Shown: positions 1 through 7,845 of the stretch, piece by piece
Layout: every line of letters starts with the position of its first letter
How positions within the stretch are numbered: position 1 is the first letter of the stretch
DNA from: Myxococcota bacterium
GTDB lineage: Bacteria; Myxococcota; JACRCW01
Assembly (NCBI GenBank): GCA_040752415.1
Contig: JBFMGU010000263.1
Span: 1 to 14,452, forward strand
Reading direction: 5' to 3'
DNA: 14,452 nt
The notes under the pieces: model-generated
Databases searched by the model: none
The model's input: the letters and a program-made list of their open reading frames with translations, nothing else
Told to the model about the DNA's origin: nothing
Program-made: the position numbers and the translations under genes

Positions 1-37
1 GGGGGGACGGCCCGTTTGGGGCGCGGGGACAGGGAAA

Positions 38-121
38 TGCCGGCGGTCGGATTTGAACCGACACATCCTTGCGGATGGGGGATTTTGAGTCCCCTGCGTC
101 TACCAGTTCCGCCACGCCGGC
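38..121 (-). tRNA. tRNA-Leu (anticodon CAA), class II with long variable arm; 3' CCA not encoded
   Basis: The reverse complement reads GCCGGCGTGGCGGAACTGGTAGACGCAGGGGACTCAAAATCCCCCATCCGCAAGGATGTGTCGGTTCAAATCCGACCGCCGGCA. It has acceptor stem GCCGGCG/CGCCGGC, a D-loop GG, anticodon arm GGGGA-CTCAAAA-TCCCC, variable arm CATCC-GCAA-GGATG, T-loop TTCAAAT and discriminator A. Confidence 0.97.
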
Positions 122-148
122 AAGCATGGGGTCCACGCGGGGGGCACG

Positions 149-177
149 CGTTTACCGTCCCCGGCCGGTGGGCGCAA
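149..177 (-). promoter_or_regulatory. Putative sigma70-type promoter for tRNA-Leu
   Basis: Minus strand TTGCGC-N17-TAAACG, followed by a GC-rich discriminator-like stretch, about 28 nt upstream of the tRNA 5' end. The consensus match is imperfect. Confidence 0.4.
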
Positions 178-186
178 GCTGCGTCC

Positions 187-432
187 TCAAGCGCGCTCTT
201 CCCGACCCAGCAGCAACTCCCGCTCGCACGTGGTGCAGCGCAGCACCTCCTCCACCAGGTAGCTGGTCTCCGTGCGACGGTACCCGCTGAGGTCAATGGG
301 CTGTTGGCAGAACGGGCAGCGGTGGGCGCCGGCCTGCGTGAGGCGCATCAGCTCCCGGTCGTGCTCGCGGGCCTTGAGGGAGGCGCGTACAAAGTCCACC
401 ACCGGGGCGGGGCAGGGAATCAGCGATCTCAT
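187..432 (-). CDS. Small putative zinc-ribbon protein (81 aa)
   Basis: Two CxxC pairs (CPFC, CTTC) 23 aa apart, a GGAGG SD shortly upstream of the ATG, and a good fit to the gap between the tRNA and the divergent gene. Confidence 0.7.
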   Translation of the reverse strand: MRSLIPCPAPVVDFVRASLKAREHDRELMRLTQAGAHRCPFCQQPIDLSGYRRTETSYLVEEVLRCTTCERELLLGREERA

Positions 433-515
433 GGGCGCCCTCCATCCTAGGGAGCAGCCCCGCGTGGGGTCTAAATTCCCGCCCGGATCGACGGTGTGAT
501 CCGCCAGGAGGCGCA

Positions 516-2651
516 GTGGACGACGTGAAGAAGGCCCTGGCGGAAGGTGACTGGGCCCGCGCCGCTGAGCTGCACACCCGCGCTGGAGAGCACCGCCAGG
601 CCGCCCAGCTCCATGAGCGCATGCTGGACTTCACCGCCGCCGCCGAGGCCTGGCTCCGCGCCGGCGACGGACCCGCCTGCCTCCGTTGCGCCGTCCGCGG
701 CGGCGAGCGCACCGTGCAGACGCGCATGCTGGCGAGCGTGCTGGTCATGGCCAGCGTGGAGGATCTGACCCGCGCCGCGCGCCTCATGACGGAGATGGGT
801 CGCCCGGAGCTGGCCGCGCCGCTGCACGAGGGCACGGGCGACCTGGAATCCGCGGCGCAGGCGCTGGAGGCGGCGGGGGACCTGGCGGGCGCGGCGCGAC
901 GCTGGCTCCAGGTGGGCAACCACCGGACGGCGGGGCAGCTCCTGGAGCGCCACCTGCAGACCGCGCCCAATGATCGCCACGCCATGCTGGAGCTGGGCGG
1001 GGTGCTGGCGCGCTTCGGTCGCCACGACGCCGCCACGCCCATGCTGCGCACCGCCGCCGAGGCCCCCGAGCTGGCCGAGCAGGCGCTGCGACAGCTGGCG
1101 CTCAGCTTCCTCTCGCAGGGACACCCGCACGCCGCGGAGCTGGTCCTCTCGCAGTTGCAGGCCATCAGCACCAGCGCGCCCGCCGACGTGGTGGCCCTGG
1201 GGCGCCTGGTGGAGCGCAACGAGCCGCGGGTGGGGGAGGGGCACGCGCGCATTGCGTCCCGGTACCTGCTGCTCGCGCCGCGCGCGGCGTCGTCGCTGGG
1301 GGACGCGTACACCGCGTACGACGAGCTCGAGGACCGTCGCGTGGTGGTGACGTTGTTCCGGCCGGCCGTGGTGCAGAGCGAGGCGCTGCGCAGGTTTGCG
1401 CGGGTGGCGCGCGCGGCGGCGTCGCTGGAGGTGGCGGGGCTGTTGCGGCTGGTGGAGCTGAACCTGGGTGGCGGCTTCATGGTGTCCGCGGTGCCGCGCG
1501 GCCCTGCGCTCGAGGAGTGGCTGGAGGAAGGGCGCACCCCGCCCGCCGACGTCACGCTGCGCGGTGCCGGCGAGGTGCTGGTGGCGCTGCACCGTCGTGG
1601 GCTGTGCCATGGCGCGCTGAACCTCACCAACCTGCACGTCTCCGACGGAGGCGAGGTGGAGGTGGCGGAAGCGGGCGCGGGCCTGTTGGCGCCGTTGCGC
1701 GAGACGGAGAGCGCGGGTCTGCAGGCCTCGCTGGCCATGTTGGCTCCCGAGCTGATGGCCGGCGCGGAGCCGGGCGCGCCGGCGGACCAGTACGCGCTGG
1801 CCGCGGTGGCCTACCGGCTTGCCACCGGTGCGCTGCCGCAGCCTTCCGGGACGCCCATGTGGCGCCCACCCTCGTCGGTGCGGGCGCAAGCGGCGGCGTT
1901 GGACGCAACCCTCGCCCGCGCGCTGGCGGCCCGGCCGCAGGACCGCTTTGAGAGCATCAGCGCGTTCCTCTCCGCGCTTCCCAGCGTGTTGCCTGCTCCG
2001 GTGTCGACGGAGAAAACACCCGACGGCCCCGCGCCCCAGGAACGCTACGCCCTGTCCGACGAGGAGGTGGTGGCCGGCGGCATGGCCTGGCGGCACGCGC
2101 GCGACCGGCTCCTGGGTCGGGGCGTGATGATGGGGCAGGTGCGCACGGGTGACGTGACGCCGTTGCGGCTGTTGGCCTCCCCGGCCTTCGGAACCGACCC
2201 GATCCTCGAGCTCGACGTGGTGCGGAGGAGGTGCGTGGTGGCGGCGGCGGAGGCCGGGCCGCTGCCTCGTCGGGGAGAGCTGGCGCACGCGCTGCTCGAC
2301 GTGGCGGATGCCTTGGAGGCGTTGCACCGCGGTGGGTTCATGCTGGGAGCGGGCCGTGAGGCGAGATTGCCGACGAGAGGGCCGGTGCGCCTGCGCCTGG
2401 CCGGTCTCCCGCTGCCCGTGCCGGCCGACCCGGCGGGGGTCACGTCGGACGTGGCGTTGTTGGCCGCGCGGGTGGCGGACTGGTTGGAGCTGCCCGCGGC
2501 ACGCGGTGGGCGCACGCTGGCGGAGTTGCGGACGGTGATCGCGTCGGCGCCGGACCCGGGTGTCGCGCCCATGGATGGCGCGGTGCGTGAAGAGTGGGAC
2601 CGGGTGCGTCAGGCGCTGGTTGAAAGCGGACCGGGCAACCCGCATACCTGA
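516..2651 (+). CDS. TPR-like repeat protein with a degenerate Hanks-type Ser/Thr kinase (pseudokinase) domain and a second, more eroded kinase-like domain
   Basis: AGGAGG SD before the GTG. The N-terminus has helical repeats (ARAAELHTRAGEHRQAAQLHER...). Kinase subdomain landmarks: RY...AYDELEDRRVVV, RRFARVARAAASL, LHRRGLCHGAL...N, LAPE, ADQYALAAVAYRLATGALP, RALAARPQDRF. A second RY...ARDRLLGRGV...VADALEALHRGG segment follows. Confidence 0.85.
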   Translation: MDDVKKALAEGDWARAAELHTRAGEHRQAAQLHERMLDFTAAAEAWLRAGDGPACLRCAVRGGERTVQTRMLASVLVMASVEDLTRAARLMTEMGRPELAAPLHEGTGDLESAAQALEAAGDLAGAARRWLQVGNHRTAGQLLERHLQTAPNDRHAMLELGGVLARFGRHDAATPMLRTAAEAPELAEQALRQLALSFLSQGHPHAAELVLSQLQAISTSAPADVVALGRLVERNEPRVGEGHARIASRYLLLAPRAASSLGDAYTAYDELEDRRVVVTLFRPAVVQSEALRRFARVARAAASLEVAGLLRLVELNLGGGFMVSAVPRGPALEEWLEEGRTPPADVTLRGAGEVLVALHRRGLCHGALNLTNLHVSDGGEVEVAEAGAGLLAPLRETESAGLQASLAMLAPELMAGAEPGAPADQYALAAVAYRLATGALPQPSGTPMWRPPSSVRAQAAALDATLARALAARPQDRFESISAFLSALPSVLPAPVSTEKTPDGPAPQERYALSDEEVVAGGMAWRHARDRLLGRGVMMGQVRTGDVTPLRLLASPAFGTDPILELDVVRRRCVVAAAEAGPLPRRGELAHALLDVADALEALHRGGFMLGAGREARLPTRGPVRLRLAGLPLPVPADPAGVTSDVALLAARVADWLELPAARGGRTLAELRTVIASAPDPGVAPMDGAVREEWDRVRQALVESGPGNPHT

Positions 2652-2678
2652 GAATCAACGCGCCCGAGCGCCGCCCCC

Positions 2679-4286
2679 GTGCGGAGGATCCGGATGAAAT
2701 GGAAGCGCGGTGCCAGCTCCTCCGCTGCGGCCCTGACCCGGGGAGGCGTCCTCACTGGCGACGAGATCACGCCACCCCTGTGGCCCGCCGGGCTGGCCGC
2801 CGTGACGCTGCTGGCGGGGCTGACCGGCCTGTTCGCCGCCGCCCTGGATGCGCCGGTGGGCAACCGCGTGGCGCTGCGCGTGGAGCCCGCTTCCCCGGAC
2901 CCCGCCACCCAGGCCGCCGCGCATGCCGTGCACGCGGAGCTCATCACCCAGCTGCGCGCCATGCGCCTGGACGTGGGTGGCCCGCCGGATGGCCTCCCGC
3001 CCGCCGTGACGGTGCATGCCCGGGTCTCGTCCCGCGCGGATGATGCGGTGGCCTACGCGCAGCGCGTGGTGACCGACCTCTCCGTCGAGGTCACGGATGA
3101 CGACGCGGGCGGCACCGCCCAGGCCGGGTGGCTCGGCTTCGACGTCGACACGGAAAACGCGGCCATCAACGCGGGTCGCGTGAGCGCCTGGCTGGCGGCG
3201 GGGAAGGTGGCGGCGCTGGTGGCGCCGGACCGCGGGGATGACGTGACCCTGCGTCGCATCACGGATGGGCGCGGGAGCCTCCGGGTGTTCGCGCGTTCGC
3301 GCGGGGACCTGGTGCGGCATCGCCAGGAGCGGCTGGCTGCGTTGCTGCGGGCGCGCACGTCGGAGGAGGAGCGTTCAAACACGCTTTCGCGCGCCCAGGA
3401 TCACACGCGGCTCGTCGGTGAGCTCTACGGCGCCGCGGTGCTGGTCTGGGAACGTCGGGAGCCACTCCTGCTGCCCATGGCCCGTCATTCTCCCCGAGTG
3501 CTGGGCGGCCTGGAGCACCTGGTGGTTCGCGCCGGCCTGGCCCGTGGGATCGACGACGACCAGCCTCTCATGACCGCCGCCCACTTCTTTGACGGCGGCG
3601 CGGTGGGCGCGCTGCACGTGGCGGTGGCCGTGCGTGATGGCGACGACACCGTGGCGCTGTGCCGCGTGGACGCGCTCACGCGCACCCGGGACTGCCTGCC
3701 CGTGGGCGCCGTGGCCGACGCCCAGGTGCTGGCCATGTCCCACGACGGGAGCCACGTGCTGGCGCGGGTGAAGGATTGCCTGAGCGGATGTCGCGACCGG
3801 CTGGTGTGGTGGCAGCCCGACGACGGAAAGACCTGGCGCGCCGCTCCCGGCCCGGTGCTCTCCGCGCGCTTGGTGGACGGCGTGGCCGAGCTGCGCGTGG
3901 GCGGCCCCGAGGGTGAGCGCACGTGGCGTTGGCTGGGCCATCAGCCACCGGAGGTGGTGCGTGACGACGGGCGGGTGAGCGCGCGGGTGGAGTTGTCGCA
4001 CCGCCTGGGGGTGGACGTGCGGTGGCTGCAGCCGCTGGGCTCCCACGAGGTGGTGGCGCTGGTGGCGGCGGGAGGCAGCACGCTGCATTGGCGACTGGCG
4101 CACGTGGACACCGCCACCGGCCGGATGCAGCTCTTGACCCGCAGCGTGGGGGATGAGCGCAACCCGGTGTTGTCGCGGGATGGGACGGAGGTCTTCTTCG
4201 AGGTGGAGCACCCCGACCCTGACGCCGACGCGCTCTTCACCGAGGTCCGTCGCCTGGCGCTCACACGCCTCACGGATCCGCGTTAA
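2679..4286 (+). CDS. Hypothetical membrane-anchored/exported protein with C-terminal TolB/PD40-like beta-propeller repeats (start codon uncertain)
   Basis: Long ORF filling the gap between neighbours, with hydrophobic segment LWPAGLAAVTLLAGLTGLFAAAL. PD40-like motifs are LTRSVGDERNPVLSRDGTEVFF and AMSHDGSHVL, and there are paired Cys residues. Confidence 0.7.
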   Translation: MRRIRMKWKRGASSSAAALTRGGVLTGDEITPPLWPAGLAAVTLLAGLTGLFAAALDAPVGNRVALRVEPASPDPATQAAAHAVHAELITQLRAMRLDVGGPPDGLPPAVTVHARVSSRADDAVAYAQRVVTDLSVEVTDDDAGGTAQAGWLGFDVDTENAAINAGRVSAWLAAGKVAALVAPDRGDDVTLRRITDGRGSLRVFARSRGDLVRHRQERLAALLRARTSEEERSNTLSRAQDHTRLVGELYGAAVLVWERREPLLLPMARHSPRVLGGLEHLVVRAGLARGIDDDQPLMTAAHFFDGGAVGALHVAVAVRDGDDTVALCRVDALTRTRDCLPVGAVADAQVLAMSHDGSHVLARVKDCLSGCRDRLVWWQPDDGKTWRAAPGPVLSARLVDGVAELRVGGPEGERTWRWLGHQPPEVVRDDGRVSARVELSHRLGVDVRWLQPLGSHEVVALVAAGGSTLHWRLAHVDTATGRMQLLTRSVGDERNPVLSRDGTEVFFEVEHPDPDADALFTEVRRLALTRLTDPR

Positions 4287-4339
4287 CTTCCAACGCCATC
4301 AGCGTGTCTAGAGGGTGGACCCACCCTGGGAGGCGTTGG

Positions 4340-5299
4340 ATGCGCAAGACCCTGCTGATTGTGCCGCTGCTGTTCGCCTGTGAGCTGCCCGCCGCCGAGG
4401 AGGGGTTGGATGACCTCCAGGCGCCGCTGGGCGGATTCGATTTCCGTCGGGAGGAGCCGCTGTTTGGGCCCGCGCACCGCGAGCAGTTCATCCAGGCCGG
4501 GGAGAGCGAGGTGCTGCAGGCCTCCACGGTGGCTCCCCGCTCCGCCGCCGCCGGCGACACCGCGCTCTGGGTAGGCTGGGGCCACTTCCTGGCCGACCGC
4601 ACCGACGACGAGGTGGCCGACTGGACCGGCACGCTGTCCGTGGAGGAAGGCACGCTCTCCCTGCTGCGCACCATCAAGTTCGACCGCAACGACCGCATCC
4701 TGCCCGCCCCCGACGAGCGCACCGTTGCCTTCGAGAGCCGCACGCGCCCGCACTTTGACGGCCTGGTGACCCGCGCCAGCACCACCGGCAGCGCCCCCGC
4801 GCCCGTCACGCTCATGACCCGCAACGGCGCCTTCCATCACACGCCGGGGAGCACGGCTCTCGTCGAGGAGACCGACCTGGGCAACGGGGTGCGGGTGGCC
4901 TTTGTCTCCGTGCCCCTCTCCGAGGAAGTGCCCTGTGCCCACGCCGTGGTGGGCGGGCGGTGGCGCGGGTTGGAGCGGGGGGATCGTCGGCGCGGGGTGA
5001 CGCACCGGCTCCTGGGCCGCTGGTTCACGCCCGAGGGCGAGCTGGTGGGGCACTGGCGCGCCTTCGCCGGTCAGCGCCAGGACGGCACCCGCGTCTTCTT
5101 CGGGAAGGTCATCAACCCCGACGGCGATGCGCTGGCCCTCCTCAAGGGCACCGTCACCGACGGCGTGGCCACCGTCGACGTGCTGGACGCCTCCGAGGCC
5201 GTGGTGGGGACCCTGACGCTGAATCTGCCGCTGGAGGGCGGTGCACCGGGCCACACCTTGAGCGTGGCCAACCTCTCGGCCTGCCTGGCGGCGCCCTGA
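4340..5299 (+). CDS. Putative lipoprotein of unknown function (319 aa)
   Basis: GGAGG (4329-4333) precedes ATG 4340. MRKTLLIVPLLFAC is a basic N-region, a short hydrophobic stretch and lipobox LFAC. Codon usage is strongly GC3-biased. Confidence 0.8.
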   Translation: MRKTLLIVPLLFACELPAAEEGLDDLQAPLGGFDFRREEPLFGPAHREQFIQAGESEVLQASTVAPRSAAAGDTALWVGWGHFLADRTDDEVADWTGTLSVEEGTLSLLRTIKFDRNDRILPAPDERTVAFESRTRPHFDGLVTRASTTGSAPAPVTLMTRNGAFHHTPGSTALVEETDLGNGVRVAFVSVPLSEEVPCAHAVVGGRWRGLERGDRRRGVTHRLLGRWFTPEGELVGHWRAFAGQRQDGTRVFFGKVINPDGDALALLKGTVTDGVATVDVLDASEAVVGTLTLNLPLEGGAPGHTLSVANLSACLAAP

Positions 5300-5348
5300 T
5301 CCCCCCTGGCCAGGCCCCCGTCTGCCCTTCCCAAAGCGATTCAGACGC

Positions 5349-5357
5349 TGCTAGGGT
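5349..5357 (+). promoter_or_regulatory. Putative extended -10 promoter element (TG-c-TAGGGT)
   Basis: TGnTAnnnT pattern about 7 nt upstream of the first stem of the structured region. A weak -35-like TTCCCA lies at 5328-5333. Confidence 0.35.
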
Positions 5358-5364
5358 GCGTCAC

Positions 5365-5570
5365 GTCAGGCATCTGAGTATCTCCACTCATCCCACTGAC
5401 AAGCCTGCCCGATAGCCGGGTGGGTTGGGCAACGGACCCACAGGCAACGGGCATCTTCCGGCCGCATGTGACGGGCCGGGTGCTGTGCCCAAGCAAACGA
5501 GGACGGTCCTCTCACCAATCAGCCTGGCTCTCCGGTCGGCAGACAAGCCCCGGAGATTGCGTGAGGACCG
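5365..5570 (+). ncRNA. Candidate structured leader RNA or sRNA, family not recognised
   Basis: Consecutive stems. GTCAG/CTGAC encloses TGAGT/ACTCA. A three-way junction GCCTG/CAGGC carries CCCG/CGGG and TGGGT/ACCCA (GCAA loop). CCGGCC/GGCCGG forms a hairpin. A long hairpin combines CGGTCCTC/GAGGACCG, CAAT/ATTG and CTCCGG/CCGGAG. Confidence 0.4.
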
Positions 5571-5581
5571 GCAGCGCATCC

Positions 5582-6151
5582 ATGAGCAGTTACCGGGACA
5601 ACGACAGACCACGTGAAAAGAAGAGCTGGCGCGAGATCGACAAACAGCGCGACAGCAGCCAGCGCCGCGACAGGGACCGCCCCGCCGGCGGCCTGCAGCA
5701 GAACACCACCGCCTACGAGAAGTACAAGAAGGACCTGGAGAAGCTCTGGTCCAACGGCGGCAAGATGATCACCTCCGCGGATGCTCCCGCCTCCATGCCG
5801 GAGCCGCTGCGCGCCGTCGTCAAGAAGCCCTCCGAGGAGCAGCAGAAGGAGCGGGAGGTGCGCGAGGCGCTGCGCAAGGCCGCCGGCCCCGCCGAGGTGA
5901 AGAAGGCGGTGGAGGAGTACCTGGCGCTGAAGACGGCCCTGCCCAATGACCTGGAGCTGCTCTCCAAGGCCATGTCCTCGCCGGTGGAGGCGCACCAGGT
6001 GGCCGCCCTGCGCGGCCTGGCGGAGCGGGAGGACCTGGCGCAGAGCGCTTCCGCCCGCCTCCTGAAGACCCGCGTGCAGACGGTGCTGCTCACCGCCTCC
6101 GACGAGGAGACGCGCACCCTGGCCGCCACGGTCAAGGGCAAGCTGGGCTGA
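5582..6151 (+). CDS. Hypothetical protein (189 aa); basic N-terminus (KKSWREID motif), helical C-terminal domain
   Basis: Strong housekeeping-like codon bias starts at ATG 5582. The upstream in-frame extension to 5420 lacks this bias and overlaps the RNA-like stems. Confidence 0.8.
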   Translation: MSSYRDNDRPREKKSWREIDKQRDSSQRRDRDRPAGGLQQNTTAYEKYKKDLEKLWSNGGKMITSADAPASMPEPLRAVVKKPSEEQQKEREVREALRKAAGPAEVKKAVEEYLALKTALPNDLELLSKAMSSPVEAHQVAALRGLAEREDLAQSASARLLKTRVQTVLLTASDEETRTLAATVKGKLG

Positions 6152-6250
6152 CACGCCGCCGGCAGGTGATAGGCGGAAGGTTTGCTGCTACATGGCGCGA
6201 CCCCCACCCGTGCGGCCCAACGCCGCCACGGACGGGAGACAGGTGCGCCC

Positions 6251-7717
6251 ATGGAATCCGAGAACAAGCCCGACAAGCCCGAGAACAAGGCCGACAAGAA
6301 GGCCAAGAAGAAGGCCGCCCCGCAGGCCGAGCCCGAGGTCATGCAGAAGCTGGTGAGCCTGGCCAAGCGCCGCGGCCTCATCTTCCAGTCCTCGGAGATC
6401 TACGGCGGCCTGCGCAGCGCGTATGACTACGGCCCGCTGGGCGTCGAGCTGAAGCGCAACATCAAGAATGAGTGGTGGCGCACCATGGTCCACGAGCGTG
6501 AGGACGTGGTGGGCATTGACGCCTCCATCATCATGCACCCGCGCGTGTGGGAGGCCTCCGGTCACGTGGCCGGCTTCACCGACCCGCTGGTGGACTGCAA
6601 GAACTGCCAGGCCCGCTTCCGCGCCGACAAGGCCCCGCTGGGCGCCGACGGCAAGATCGTCTGCCCGGAGTGCCAGAGCCAGAACCTCTCCGACGTGCGC
6701 AAGTTCAACCTGATGTTCAAGACGCACCTCGGTCCCGTCGAGGATGACAGCGCCACGGTGTTCCTGCGCCCGGAGACCGCGCAGGCCATGTTCGTGAACT
6801 TCCTCAACGTGCAGCAGAGCTACCGCCTCAAGCCGCCGTTCGGCATTGCGCAGCAGGGGAAGAGCTTCCGCAACGAGATCACCGTCGAGCACTTCACCTT
6901 CCGCTCCTGCGAGTTCGAGCAGATGGAGATGGAGTACTTCGTCCCGCCGCCGCAGTACGCCGACGAGGGCAAGGGCCCCGACTACTGGTACGACTACTGG
7001 AAGGGCGAGCGGCTGCGTTGGTACACCGAGCGCCTGGGCCTGCGGCCGGAGAAGCTGCGCCTGCGTGAGCATGAGAAGAGCGAGCTGGCCCACTACGCCC
7101 TGGCCTGCGCCGACGTGGAGTACGACTACCCCTGGGGCTGGGGTGAGCTGGAGGGCATTGCCAGCCGCGGTGACTTCGACCTCACGCAGCACAGCAAGTT
7201 CAGCGGCAAGAAGCTCACCTACTTCGACGTCGACAAGAAGGCGCACTACCTGCCCTTCGTCATCGAGCCGGCGGCGGGCGCGGACCGCACCGCGTTGGCC
7301 GTCCTGATCGACGCGTACGAGGAGGAGCCGCCTCCCCCCGACGCCAAGGGCGAGGGCGCGGAGCCGCGCGTGGTGCTGCGCCTGGACCCGCGCATTGCCC
7401 CCATCAAGGTGGCGGTGTTCCCGCTCATCAAGAAGGAGGGCATGCCGGAGAAGGCGCGGGAGATCATCCGCACCTTCTGGCAGAGCGGCGTCAACGCGTT
7501 CTACGACGAGAAGGACGCGGTGGGTCGCCGGTACCGCAGGCAGGACGAGGTGGGCACGCCGTTCTGCATCACGGTGGACGGCCAGACCGCGCAGGATGAC
7601 ACGGTCACCATCCGCTACCGGGATGACATGCAGCAGGAGCGCATCAGCGTGACCGACGCGCTCAAGGTGGTCACCGAGAAGCTCCGCAAGGGTGGCCGCA
7701 AGGTGACCAAGGCCTGA
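6251..7717 (+). CDS. glyQS: Glycine--tRNA ligase, alpha2 (homodimeric, archaeal/eukaryotic-like) type
   Basis: Motifs LAKRRG..FQSSEIYGGL...YDYGPLGVELKRNIK, VWEASGH..FTDPLVDC, FNLMFKT, LRPETAQ, GKSFRNEIT, EFEQMEMEYF, ELEGIASRGDFDL and VIEPAAGADR, plus anticodon-binding domain GRRYRRQDEVGTPFCITVD. SD-like AGGTG precedes ATG 6251. Confidence 0.97.
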   Translation: MESENKPDKPENKADKKAKKKAAPQAEPEVMQKLVSLAKRRGLIFQSSEIYGGLRSAYDYGPLGVELKRNIKNEWWRTMVHEREDVVGIDASIIMHPRVWEASGHVAGFTDPLVDCKNCQARFRADKAPLGADGKIVCPECQSQNLSDVRKFNLMFKTHLGPVEDDSATVFLRPETAQAMFVNFLNVQQSYRLKPPFGIAQQGKSFRNEITVEHFTFRSCEFEQMEMEYFVPPPQYADEGKGPDYWYDYWKGERLRWYTERLGLRPEKLRLREHEKSELAHYALACADVEYDYPWGWGELEGIASRGDFDLTQHSKFSGKKLTYFDVDKKAHYLPFVIEPAAGADRTALAVLIDAYEEEPPPPDAKGEGAEPRVVLRLDPRIAPIKVAVFPLIKKEGMPEKAREIIRTFWQSGVNAFYDEKDAVGRRYRRQDEVGTPFCITVDGQTAQDDTVTIRYRDDMQQERISVTDALKVVTEKLRKGGRKVTKA

Positions 7718-7790
7718 ACTGAACCACGGGGGGCCCGGGTGGGGGGAGGGACCACCCCGCCGCCTCAGCCGAGGCCCCGCCAGTTGCCAA

Positions 7791-7816
7791 GAACCTTTCC
7801 GCGGTCCGCCCGTTGA
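7791..7816 (+). promoter_or_regulatory. Putative ECF-sigma-dependent (autoregulatory) promoter
   Basis: GAACCT...CGTTGA has the AAC-N16-CGT geometry typical of ECF promoters and lies directly upstream of an ECF sigma gene. Confidence 0.6.
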
Positions 7817-7845
7817 ACCGGGTGGAAGCCCCGGGCGCCGGTCCC

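Noticed and set aside
1..121. tRNA as a genomic-island attachment site
   Set aside because: The tRNA 3' end points out of the window, and there is no integrase or duplicated tRNA 3' fragment inside it.
16..450. ORF starting MPAVGFEPT
   Set aside because: This is the classic spurious translation of the antisense strand of a tRNA.
5390..5500. Resemblance to hammerhead (CTGACAA), HDV-like (GGGCAAC), c-di-GMP-I (GATAGCCGGG) or RNase P RNAs
   Set aside because: Only isolated short words match. The required partner motifs (the GAAA core, the P3/L3 loop, GGCAAA...GACGCAAAGC, GAGGAAAGTCC) are missing.
5300..5580. Retron msr-msd or T-box leader
   Set aside because: No reverse transcriptase is nearby and no flanking a1/a2 repeats are evident. 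There is no T-box TGGnACC antiterminator motif upstream of glyQS.
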